Shown piece by piece: positions 33,601 through 44,805 of a DNA stretch of 44,969 bases. This DNA comes from Macrostomum lignano (taxonomy: Eukaryota): NCBI GenBank assembly GCA_002269645.1, contig NIVC01004462.1:1-44969 (forward strand). Direction: 5' to 3'. Below the pieces are notes generated by a model, which searched no databases, was not told where the DNA came from, and saw only the letters and a program-made list of their open reading frames with translations. Made by a program: the position numbers and the translations under genes. Every line of letters begins with the position of its first letter. The first letter of the stretch is position 1.

Positions 33601-36600
33601 ATCTGGCAGAAACCTTGGACAGATGAAGATACTAGTATAGGATCTCAATGACTTGCAGGTCAGAGTCTAGTATATGTTGCAAGTTGCCTGACTTTCACCT
33701 GCCAGTCACTGTCAACCAGAGCCTGGATGCGCTAGATGTTGTTGGCTGTGACAGCAGTCTAGGGCGTCCATATTAGGGGTCATCTTTGAGCGAGTCACAG
33801 CCTCGCTTGAACTTGGCTGCCTAGCGCTTGATAGTGAAATATGAGGGGGCAATGTCAGCGTACACACTAGCCATGGGGCTTTGAATTTCAGCAGGCTTTG
33901 AGCCTTCCAGAGTCAGAAATTTGACCACTGCCCTGTGCTCAAGCTTCAATTCTTAAGAAAATGCCATGGGGTGCTAGAAATAAAATGGTGCAGTGGGACT
34001 TAGGGAATGCAGAAAATTCTAAAAAGTTGACAATAGACTATTAACATGTGGCACTTTTAGAGCCTAAAGTTTCAACATTTTGCCACTATAAGATCTTGGT
34101 CAGGCTCGGAACTTTTTTAGTGCCCCTGTACTATTGTAGAATTAGCAAAGCATATAATAAATATGTGTAACAAAGATATAATCTATAGATAATGATAGTC
34201 TTTAAATAAAATTTTAGTTTTAGTCTTAAGGACTTTAATAAGGGTCCTTTGACTTTCTGAGTCTTTTAAGATAATTAAATTTTAGTAAAATGAAAAATAG
34301 GTTCTTTTAAAATGAAAAAAATATTATAACAATAATATTAATTTAATTATATAGAATTTCCAATTAAAATGTTTAATTTTCATTTCCAATTATTAAATAT
34401 TAAATTTTATATAGAAAGTTTAAGATATAAAAATGCTTCAAATCAAACCATTTTAAAAAGTAAGACACTATATCTTTTTTACTTTGGAAAATGAAACTTA
34501 TCTAATAAAATGACTTATAAAATTTCATTAGGCTTTAGGGTCTAAAGTCCAGTAAAGTCCCTAGGGCCTAGTTTTAGTGAATTCAACTTAAACTTTAAGT
34601 TTTGCTTAGATAAATGAAATATTTATTTTAGATTAGTAGTAATACTTATTGTGTATTATCTTATAATTTAATTTTTAATGTAATGTTTTTGAATGAAATT
34701 GTGCCAATATTTTTGTATATACTAACTAAATTGACTTACATTGTTATAAAAATATTATAAACTCAATTTTTAAGACCTTTATTAAAATAGAGAATAGTAA
34801 ATGCCTTAAATAATTAAATAAGTTGTTATAAAGCATCAACAAGTGAACAATAAACATCAAAGTTGAAAAGTGATGTTTGCTTTTAAAGGCTTGCAAGTTT
34901 TTAATAAATATTCTAACTAGACAATGTAGGGTCGACTTGGAAAAATCTAGCCTCCAAGATATATATGGCTAAGGTTTCTATTTCTTTTAAGCTCTCTTTT
35001 CTTTTCTTTCTCTTATCTTCTCTTCTCTCTTGTCCTCTTATCCTCACCTGGCTTTTGTTCTAGATGTCACCCATTTTTTATCCAGTTTTGGGGGTTCTTT
35101 CTAGGAAAAATCCAGAGAAAAGAAATGCATAAGTTGCACTCTTGGGTGAAAACTAGAATTTTAGCTAGATGAGTTGTTGGACCATTGTTTGACCCACATA
35201 ATATAGAGCCTTATGTTTTGAAAAGATTGCTTTTATAATTCCTGCTTGTATATAGAACAATATTTTGAGACATCAGGCTATGTAGCTAGTTTATATTTAG
35301 CAAATCAACCTTTTGTCAATAATTAACAATTATTCTTCATTTTTCAACCTTTTTAGACACCGATCTGCCCAGTCTGACTAAGATCAGCTCAGATTGCAAC
35401 CCAAACTATGCGGCCAACAACAGCTTCTTGGCCAAATTTAATCTCGGGAAACTCAAGAATCCAAGTGAAATCAGAGCCATGAAGGCCATCTTTTATGAGC
35501 TGCCATCTGGAGGTGAGTGACGTCCAAATACTAAAAATGGTTTGTCTATACGATATTTCCATATTCCATGTGTGATAGATTTCAGAAAAAATTGTAATGC
35601 ACTATTATAAGCCTAGTCAAAAAATTAGGAAAAGTCGGGGGTTCGATTCTCGACCCACTCAGAACAATTTGTTTCCTTGAGCAAGACACTTAACTCTACA
35701 TTGCTTCAGTTCACCCAGCTGTAAAATGTGTGGCCAGCATTAGCTGGGGTAATTAAGGGTGTGTGGCGACCCCCAGTCCTTGGACTGAACAGCCTTCAGA
35801 TGCGCCGCGCAATAGCTGCAGCTGAGCTGTCGGTTGCACATCTGCCTATTAGGGCAGATTTAATCAATTATTATTAATACTTTGAATAAAGTATAAACTA
35901 CGGAAAATATGAAGCTTAAATTAAATGGCAACCAAGGTGCCAATTTGCTATCTGGGCCCCCCAGAAATGATCAGTAAAAGTCGTTTACCCGTGTTGCCCT
36001 CTTCAGAACGCCGCAGAGTTGAAATCAACAGTTGGGCTTCTCTGGAGCCGCAGTTTCAAGCGCCAGGGTTTCAACCCAACAGGCGTCACATCGGCTTCTT
36101 GACGGTCCGCCTGGCTGACGAGAACTCAACTAGCGGCCTCACCGAGTGGCTCTGGTCTCAGAAATTTGAATTCACCAGCTGCGGTGTTGAGAATCGGTCA
36201 GCTGTCTGTCTGTGCGATCCGGTCAATTCTTACAATGGTACGGAGTGCAGGCCCGGCTCACCGGACTGCCGCTGCACTCCGCAGGCCACCAGCTCAGACT
36301 GCAGCCTGTGCACCGACGGCACCTACAGAGATTATTCCCGCTACAGTCTTGGCTGTATCTCTTGTCAGTGCAGTCCGCATAACTTTGCCGGCCCGTGCGC
36401 CTGGAGGCACGTCGGCGACCCCGACTGGAGCCCTGGCGGCAGCGGCGGCGGTGGACTTAGCCAGCGAGTGTGCATCGGCTGTCGGCACGGGTTTGTGGGT
36501 GACAACTGCCTGGCGCCCAGAGATAATAGCGGCATGGGCCTGGCGGCTAAGGTTGGTTATTATGTCTGCATAGTTTTTACTGTTTTTCTATGGTGATTTC

Positions 36601-37516
36601 ATTTTATTTAAAATATTGCTCATCTTTTAAAGTATCTTATCTCATTTGTCAAAGATTTGCGTCTCAACATTATAATGTCACTCTCATTATCATGTAGTCA
36701 CTCTTATTATCACTTAGTCACCCTTATTATCATATTGTCACTCTCATTATCATATAAAGTCACTCTTATTATCATATTGTCACTCTCATTATCATATAGT
36801 CACTCTCATTATCATATAAAGTCTCTCTTATTACCATATAAAGTCACTCTTATTACCATATAGTCACTCCTATTATCATATTGTCACTCTTATCATATAG
36901 TCACTCTCATTATCATATAGTCACTCTCATTATCATATAGTCACTCTCATTATCATATAGTCACTCTCATTATCATATAAAGTCTCTCTTATTACCATAT
37001 AAAGTCACTCTTATTACCATATAGTCACTCCTATTATCATATTGTCACTCTTATCATATAGTCACTCTTATCATATAGTCACTCTCATTATCATATAAAG
37101 TCACTCTTATTACCATATAAAGTCACTCTTATTACCATATAGTCACTCTGATGATCATATAATCACTCTTATTATCATATAGTCACTCTCATTACTGCAT
37201 ACTCGCTCTCCATCGCACTGCTCAAACACCCGCTCAGATATTCCTGGTCCTGGCCTGCCTGCTCTGCTCACTCGCTCTGCTAGCCGCCTTTGTCATTCTG
37301 CGGCGCCAATGCCGGCGCCGAGCTCAGCGCGCCGCGCGCCACTCCCTGGCCGTTCAGCGCCTATTCAGCCGGTTCAAAGACGACACCAGCTTGGAGGCGG
37401 AGGCCGCGGAGTCCAGCGCCATCTTGGCTGAGGATGACGACTTGCAGAGGGCCACTCAGCAGCTGAGGCTGGGCGCTGACCCCGTGTACCAGCCTACCAC
37501 CGTCTCCATCACGTGA
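30625..37516 (+). CDS. Type I membrane protein with laminin-type EGF-like Cys repeats (loosely MEGF9-like); exons 30625-30703, 35357-35512, 36007-36551, 37238-37516 (~352 aa)
   Basis: Exon 1 is MKIQIVSIIKLLCLVLASDIFALEYT (signal-like, donor GTAAGT). All junctions are phase-compatible (1,1,0). Cys pattern CRCTPQATSSDCSLCTDGTY...CISCQC...CIGCRHGFVGDNC; TM IFLVLACLLCSLALLAAFVIL followed by RRQCRRR; tail ends DPVYQPTTVSIT*. Exon 1 is the least certain part. Confidence 0.7.
30960..32899. mobile_element. 1940-bp non-autonomous DNA transposon with ~250-285-bp TIRs, GG...CC termini and 8-bp TSD (TGTGAGAT); Merlin-like by structure
   Basis: Left end GGTCCCTGGACATTTCGGTGACAAGACG; right end CGTCTTGTCACCGAAATGTCCAGGGACC. 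TGTGAGAT at 30952-30959 and 32900-32907. The arms stay complementary inward to about 31228 and 32650. No coding ORF inside. Confidence 0.88.
32283..32445. repeat. 23-bp tandem repeat (CTGCACTTATTTTAGCGCCGCAT), ~7 copies, inside the TIR element
   Basis: Read directly. Confidence 0.92.
32910..33950 (-). pseudogene. Mariner transposase pseudogene with in-frame stops and frameshifts
   Basis: ORF 33146..33586 covers the catalytic core; stops in the HTH region (TIKR*AAKF, DDP*YGRP). Confidence 0.88.
35630..35880 (+). mobile_element. 5'-truncated tRNA-derived SINE with CORE/V/Nin-type central domain
   Basis: B-box-like GGTTCGATTC at ~35641, followed by CCTTGAGCAAGACACTTAAC...TTGCTTCAGTTCACCCAGCTGTAAAATG (resembles conserved metazoan SINE central domains) and an (ATT)n-like tail. 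No A-box seen. Confidence 0.7.
36670..37195. repeat. AT-rich 20-23-bp minisatellite (TAGTCACTCTCATTATCATA) in intron 36552-37237
   Basis: Read directly. Confidence 0.92.
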
Positions 37517-37532
37517 TCTGCTGAGTAGGCTA

Positions 37533-38053
37533 GTGTCAGATCCAGTTGCTGACAGTGTCATAGAGAGGGTGTCAGATCCTGTTACTGACAGTGTCATAGA
37601 GAGGGTGTCAGATCCAGTTACTGACAGTGTCATAGAGAGGGTGTCAGATCCAGTTACTGACAGTGTCATAGAGAGGGTGTCAGATCCAGTTGCTGACAGT
37701 GTCATAGAGAGGGTGTCAGATCCAGTTGCTGACAGTGTCATAGAGAGGGTGTCAGATCCAGTTGCTGACAGTGTCATAGAGAGGGTGTCAGATCCAGTTA
37801 CTGACAGTGTCTTAGAGAGGGTGTCAGATCCAGTTGCTGACAGTGTCATAAAGAGGGTGTCAGATCCAGTTGCTGACAGTGTCATAGAGAGGATGTCAGA
37901 TCCAGTTGCTGACAGTGTCATAGAGAGGGTGTCAGATCCAGTTACTGACAGTGTCTTAGAGAGGGTGTCAGATCCAGTTGCTGACAGTGTCATAAAGAGG
38001 GTGTCAGATCCTGTTGCTGACAGTGTCATAGAGAGGGTGTCAGATCCAGTTAC
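37533..38053. repeat. 36-bp minisatellite (GTGTCAGATCCAGTTGCTGACAGTGTCATAGAGAGG), ~14.5 copies, starting 17 nt after the stop codon
   Basis: Read directly; explains ORFs 37361..38029 and 37533..38117. Confidence 0.95.
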
Positions 38054-40174
38054 TACTTACAGTGCCACTAATTCAAGCTACATGTCGAAGCACCTCGTTT
38101 ATCACATCCGGTATTAGTTTTTTGTGCTAAAATTTTCAAAGTTCTGCACCATTTATCAGCATAGACTGCAGACAATAGAGCTATAGTTGCACTGTTAAAC
38201 ACCGTTTTTATTTATCAGCTATTAATTTTATGGTTCGCGCATTTTAATATCCCAAATTTAACCAACACGCTCCCAATTTTTTATTAGTTGTTAGTTGAAT
38301 ACGCAACTCGCATGTCCAGTGCGCATTGGTCATGATATAGCTTCATCATCTCCACGCGGTGAATTAAGGTGTTCAATGTACCCTTTAGTTACTGATAGCT
38401 TAGACTAACACGCAAATGTTGTGAATTTTATTGTTATAAAATATTTTGGCTGTGTTTTTACACTAATAATTTCATTTAGAATCACTAAGTCATAACTCAT
38501 AATTGGAATCTGTCACAGTGTCTTGTATATTCTGTTGGTATATGTTTGATGAATTTTTCTTATCTATTCATTATTGTCTGGTGATCGGATTTTTATTTAT
38601 GCGCTTTTTTGCTTTATCCAGGTTTGTTCGATTCTGAGTTAATAGCCAATCAGATCGGGTCAGGAGAGGCGGGACTGCAATGTACATTGAAGACGAACTC
38701 GTCCCCCGCAGCCAATCAAATCGGGGCTGTATGTACATTGAAAAAAAAACTCGTCCCCCGCAGTCAATCGGATCGGAGCAGGAGACACTTTGATAAAGTG
38801 TGCAAAGTTTGCAAAACAGAGTATAAATTTTTATACCAATTTTAAACATCCGCGTCATATGGTTTGAATTCAATTTTTCCGGTTTCAACTTTTTTTCTGT
38901 CTTGGTTTGGCTGTGCTTTTCTCGTTTAAGCTGCAACATTGCTATTGTCTTAATTTACCGTGTGAAATCTTTTCCATTTCTAGCGATTATTTCTGAGCAG
39001 CTGTTAGCAGTGTAACTATATAAAGTACATGTTTATATTGGTTACTTATATCTACTACTTGTGAAAGACGCACAGCTTATGTTAAACCAGCGGCTGCTTA
39101 GCAGAGATGAATATTGTGAGCAAAGTTGGTAATAATGTTATTTTTACTCGCTAAATATATCAGATGCAACTTGCACAACTATCTCTATCACATAAAAAAC
39201 GTTAAAGATTTTGTTTCAATAATTTCATCAATAAAGATTTGCGCCTAGCGAATAGGACTAGAAGTGGTTTGCAGTGAAACGCAGTGTGTATTTTAAAAAT
39301 AAAACAGACACAACAAATTAAACAAGCGTAATAAAACTTACTACTACTGAAGATAGAAGTTATTAGTAGTAAGTAATGCAACCAGTAGCCAAAAAAGACG
39401 TGCGTGCGTAAGAGAGAATGTTTTTATCTACTGATACGATTCAGCAGATTCGTGCACTTATATATTTTTAACTTATTTTAACAAACACGATTGACAGATA
39501 AGACTATTGGACTGGAATCCAGTCAGACCTTTATCCAGTCAGTCTCGTACTGAAGAGTAGTACAGGCAATACGCATTGTAAAAGTACGCGTGTACTTTAC
39601 TATTGCAAAAGTACATGCGCACTTTACTTGATCAAAAGTTGTGTACGTTTGTACACACGCAAGCCAAATGTACATGCATTATAGGGAAAAGTACCTCTAG
39701 TACTTAACCGAGAAAAGGAGCAATAATAAAATGAAGATTCGCTAAGTGTAATGAGTCATAGTATGGATACAAATCAAACTCAATAAGAGCACTAAGAAGC
39801 CGTAAAAATTCGAATACTTCGCACAAAGAGTAAAGCGTGGTGAGTTCTGTCCTGACTCCAGTCTGATCCATCACAAACTTAAGTTATATATTCTATTAAA
39901 GAGCAATAATAAAGGATTAGTTTAACAACAATTCGACAGCTGATGAGGACTGAGGGATGCCGTTAACAGAAGATATCCGCATTATAAGTATAGTTTTGTA
40001 AGATCTGCATACGCTATTGAACAGAATCATTAAATTAAAATGTTTTCTGGGTGTTGAATAAAATGAAGGAATTGAAGAAATAAAAACAGTGTGCGGAAAC
40101 AGAGGAAAAGACAGGTGGATGGATAAAAAGACTAAACACGGTGGTATTAACGGAACAACACATGAATGGGAAGG

Positions 40175-40755
40175 ACGCAGGGAGATGAAGGGAAGAGACT
40201 GAAATAAGGGAAGAAGAGAAGAGACACAGTGAGATGAGAACAGACACAGGGAGATGAAGGGAAGGGACGCAGAACGATGAGAAAAGACACAGTGAGATGA
40301 AGGGAAGAGACGCAGGGAGATGAAGGGAACAGACCCAGTGAGATGAAGGGAAGAGACTGAGGTGAGGAGAACAGACACAGTGAGATGAAGGGAAGAGACA
40401 GTGAGATGAGGAGAACAGACCCAGTGAGATGAAGGGAAGAGACACGGTGAGATGAAGGGAAGAGACACAGTGAGATGAAGGGAAGAGACAGTGAGATGAG
40501 GAGAACAGACCCAGTGAGATGAAGGGAAGAGACACGGTGAGATGAAGGGAAGAGACACAGTGAGATGAAGGAGACAGGTCCAGTGAGATGAAGGGAAGAG
40601 ACACGGTGAGATGAAGGGAAGAGACACAGTGAGATGAAGGAGACAGGTCCAGTGAGATGAAGGGAAGAGACACGGTGAGATGAAGGGAAGAGACACAGTG
40701 AGATGAAGGGAAGAGACAGTGAGATGAGGAGAACAGACACAGTGAGATGAAGGGC
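40175..40755. repeat. Purine-rich ~21-23-bp minisatellite (GTGAGATGAAGGGAAGAGACACA) just past the CRELD stop codon
   Basis: Read directly; explains ORFs 39917..40696, 40035..40757 and 40147..40740. Confidence 0.93.
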
Positions 40756-40760
40756 ACAGG

Positions 40761-43700
40761 TTATCTCCTGCCGGCGTGCAGGTAGACCCTATCCAGCACA
40801 GAGCTCTGCTTGCACAGATACCAACCAGCCAAGCAGGCGGCCACTGTCACAGGCGCTGGCCGACCCTTCACCGCCACAGCGAACACAGCCAGGCCAACGA
40901 TAGCGCCGAAAAACTTAGCAAACTCGATGCTGTAGGCCACTGTCCAGATCAGCTTAGGCGGCTTGCCTTTCTTATTGCCCGACTGGCCTTTTTTAGTCTG
41001 CTTTGAGTTGGCCGACTTCTTGCTTGACGCTGCCGGTTTTGGCACGCATTGACTGCCCGAGCGCTGGTAGCCTGGCTGGCAGTCGCACCGGTAGCTGCCT
41101 GTGGAACAGGGATGAGACTAGAAATGAGTCTAGGAATGAAGTCTGAGGTAAGATCGGACAGATAGAATACAGGGTCGGACAGATAGAATCCAAGGTCGGA
41201 CAGATAGAATTTAGGGTCAGACAGATAGAATACAGGGTCGGACAGATAGAATCCAAGGTTGGACAGATAGAATACAGGGTCGGACAGATAGAATACAGGG
41301 TCGGACAGATAGAATCCAAGGTCGGACAGATAGAATCCAAGGTCGGACAGATAGAATTTAGGGTCGGACAGATAGAATCCAAGGTCGGACAGATAGAATC
41401 CAAGGTCGGACAGATAGAATCCAAGGTCGGACAGATAGAATCCAAGGTTGGACAGATAGAATCCAAGGTCAGACAGATAGAATCCAAGGTTGGACAGATA
41501 GAATCCAAGGTCGGACAGATAGAATACAAGGTCAGACAGATAGAATCCAAGGTCGGACAGATAGAATCCAAGGTCGGACAGATAGAATACAAGGTCAGAC
41601 AGATAGAATCCAAGGTCGGACAGATAGAATTTAGGGTCGGACAGATAGAATCCAAGGTCGGACAGATAGAATTTAGGGTCGGACAGAAAAAATCCAAAGT
41701 CAGACAGATGGAATCCAAGGTCGGACAGATAGAATTTAGGGTCGGACAGATAGAATCCAAGGTTGGACAGATAGAATCCAAGGTCGGACAGATAGAATCC
41801 AAGGTTGGACAGATAGAATCCAAGGTCGGACAGATAGAATCCAAGGTTGGACAGATAGAATACAGGGTCGGACAGATAGAATACAAGGTCGGACAGATAG
41901 AATCCAAGGTCGGACAGATAGAATTTAGGGTCGGACAGATAGAATCCAAGGTCGGACAGATAGAATTTAGGGTCGGACAGATAGAATCCAAGGTCGGACA
42001 GATAGAATTTAGGGTCGGACAGAAAAAATCCAAAGTCAGACAGATGGAATCCAAGGTCGGACAGATAGAATCCAAGGTTGGACAGATAGAATCCAAGGTC
42101 GGACAGATAGAATCCAAGGTCGGACAGATAGAATCCAAGGTCGGACAGATAGAATCCAAGGTTGGACAGATAGAATCCAAGGTCGGACAGATAGAATCCA
42201 AGGTCGGACAGATAGAATCCAAGGTCGGACAGATAGAATCCAAGGTCGGACAGATAACATCCAGAGTCGGACGGCTCACCTGGCAGGTTAACGCATCTCT
42301 CATACGGCCCCGTACAGTGTGGACTGTCCGGGCTGCATTCGTTCACGTCTTGACAACCGGATCCGGTGGTCGCGGGTTCGAATCCTGGCGAACAGGCGGT
42401 GCAGCCGGCCTGGCCGGGTCCGGAGCAGGCGGAGCAGGCCCGGTCGCAGTCGCCGCACCGGTAGCTGCCGGGCAGGTTCTCGCAGAAGCTCCTCGGCCCA
42501 CTGCACGGACTGCGGGTCTGGCATTCGTCGATATCAACACACGCGGCTCCGTCAGCTTGCTGGACTGTCTCGTAGCCGTCGGCGCACTGATCGCACTGGT
42601 GGCCAGCGGACCGGTGCAGGCGCTTCGACAAGCCGGGCTGCAGGCTTTGCATTCGCCGTTGCTCTCGCCGTTGGCGCGGTAGTATTTGGCTGAGCAGTCC
42701 GAGCACTGAGCACCTGAGTAGCCCGGTGACAGTCACATGCGCCAGTGCCTGATATTTGGAATTATAAGGGAGATTGCTTCACTGGTAAACACCTGTCACG
42801 GTTAGCACTTAGCAGTTTAGCTGCAACTGGAGGGCAAAGGCCCAATCAGTTTACAGTACAGACAGAAATAATCTGTAAACGGACACAGACATGAACTCAG
42901 GGCAGACACAGACAAACTCAAAGTGGACACAGACAGACTCAGAGAAAACAGGCACACTCAGAACGGACAGACAAACTCGAAGTAGTCATAGACACACTCA
43001 GAGAGGACACAGACACTCAGAAAAGGAGAGGACACAGAAAATCTACAACGGACACAGACAATCTACAACGGACAAAGACAATCTACAATGGACGCAGACA
43101 ATCTATAACGGACACAGACAGTCTATAACGGACACAGATATTCTAACAACGGACACAGACAATCTACAATGGACACAGACAATCTACAATGGACACAGAC
43201 AGTCTATAACGGACACAGACAATCTACAACGGACACAGATATTCTAACAATGGACACAGACAATCTACAACGGACTCAGACAATCTACAACGAACACAGA
43301 CAATCCACAACGGACACAGACAATCTACAACGAACACAGACAATCTATAACGGACACAGACAATCTACAATGGACACAGACAATCTACAACGAACACAGA
43401 CAATCTATAACGAACACAGACAATCTATAACGGACACAGACAATCTACAATGGACACAGACAATCTACAACGGACACAGACAATCTACAATGGACACAGA
43501 CAATCTACAACGGACACAGACAATCTACAACGGACACGGACAATCTACAATGGACACAGACAATCTACAACGGACACAGACAATCTACAACGGACACAGA
43601 CAATCTACAATGGACACAGACAATCTACAATGGACACAGACAATCTACAACGGACACAGACAATCTACAACGGACACGGACAATCTACAATGGACACAGA

Positions 43701-44363
43701 CAATCTACAACGGACACAGACAATCTACAATGGACACAGACAATCTACAATGGACACAGACAATCTACAACGAACACAGACAATCTATAACGAACACAGA
43801 CAATCTATAACGGACACAGACAATCTACAATGGACACAGACAATCTACAATGGACACAGACAATCTACAACGGACACGGACGCAGACAATCTACAACGGA
43901 CACGGACACAGACAATCTACAACGGACACGGACACAGACAATGTACAACGGATACGGACACAACGGACGGTCGGACACAGACAAACTACAACGGACACAG
44001 ACAATCTACAACGGACACAGACAATCTACAACGGACACAGACAAACTACAACGGACACAGACAATCTACAACGGACACAGACAATCTAAAATGGACACAG
44101 ACAATCTACAACGGACACAGACAATCTACAACGGACACAGATAGTCTAACAACGGACACAGACGATCTACAATGGACACAGACAATCTACAACGGACACA
44201 GTCCCAGCTCACCGGTCCGAGTCCCGTTCCCATTGCAGTCGCCGCGGCCGCCGGAGCAGTCGGGGCAGGGCGCGCACTCCGGTCCCCAGCGGCCGTAGAC
44301 GCAGCAGGCGGCGGTGCCGTTGACGCAGACAGAATCGCGCAGGCTGGCAGAGGTCGGGTTGGC
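40761..44363 (-). CDS. CRELD1: CRELD1-like (cysteine-rich with EGF-like domains, C-terminal TM) gene, 3' part; exons 44363-44213, 42748-42280, 41098-40761; 5' exons lie beyond the window
   Basis: SVCVNGTAACCVYGRWGPECAPCPDCSGGRGDCNGNGTRTG|GTGACDCHPGYSGAQCSDC, then furin-like repeats and calcium-binding EGFs (CVDIDEC, CENLPGSYRC, CQDVNEC), then two hydrophobic segments and TAA at 40761-40763. Junctions are phase 1 GT-AG. Two 1-bp deletions at ~42725 and ~42608 must be corrected. Confidence 0.85.
41145..42272. repeat. 21-bp minisatellite (GGACAGATAGAATCCAAGGTC), ~53 copies, filling CRELD intron 41099-42279
   Basis: Read directly; explains the repetitive parts of ORFs 40949..42736, 40993..42303 and 41708..42682. 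Confidence 0.96.
42885..44200. repeat. 20-bp minisatellite (ACGGACACAGACAATCTACA) filling CRELD intron 42749-44212
   Basis: Read directly. Confidence 0.96.
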
Positions 44364-44562
44364 CTGCGGGAGAGATGCCCGAGTGTTTTGGATTTTTTGG
44401 TAATTCAATAAAAGAAGAGGCTGATGAGAAATCAGCTTTAGGTAACGGACAAAAAGTCTGTCAAGTTTATATCCTCAAAGATTTTGATTGTAAAATTTCT
44501 GTATTTTTTATCACCAATGCTTAATAACATTTTCAAATATAAGACATTCCTTAAATCCCGAG

Positions 44563-44805
44563 ACACTCCTGACATTCAAGAAATTTCCCACACCCAGACA
44601 TTTCCCACACCCCAGACATTTCCCACACCCCAGACATTTCCCACACCCAGACATTTCCAACACCCCAGACATTTCCCACACCCCAGACATTTCCCACACC
44701 CCAGACATTTCCCACACCCCAGACATTTCCCACACCCCAGACATTTCCCACGCCCGACATTTCCCACACTACAGACATTTCCCACACCCCAGACATTTCC
44801 CAACC
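44563..44805. repeat. 18-bp minisatellite (CAGACATTTCCCACACCC)
   Basis: Read directly. Confidence 0.93.

Larger units (their letters stand above)
30889..34128 (-). mobile_element. Decayed mariner (Tc1/mariner, D,D34D) element, ~1.29 kb once the nested insertion is removed
   Basis: TA flanks at 30887-30888 and 34129-34130. Degenerate 27-bp TIRs at 30889-30915 and 34102-34128 (18/27 identical). Transposase remnants: EHRAVVKFL, TRDEIWIYHHDP, GKIMLTVFWD, LLHDNAPAHTS, YSPDLASSDFHLF, GDYVEK. Confidence 0.88.

Noticed and set aside
35641-35651. tRNA gene suggested by the B-box
   Set aside because: No A-box or cloverleaf; the downstream sequence is SINE-like.
39505-39870. Possible MITE bounded by GACTGG..CCAGTC motifs
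   Set aside because: The inverted similarity is short and imperfect, and no TSD was found.
40949-42736. 595-aa ORF joining EGF domains to (LGFYLSD)n
   Set aside because: Reads through a GT-AG intron filled by a 21-bp array; the spliced CRELD model explains the Cys-rich part.
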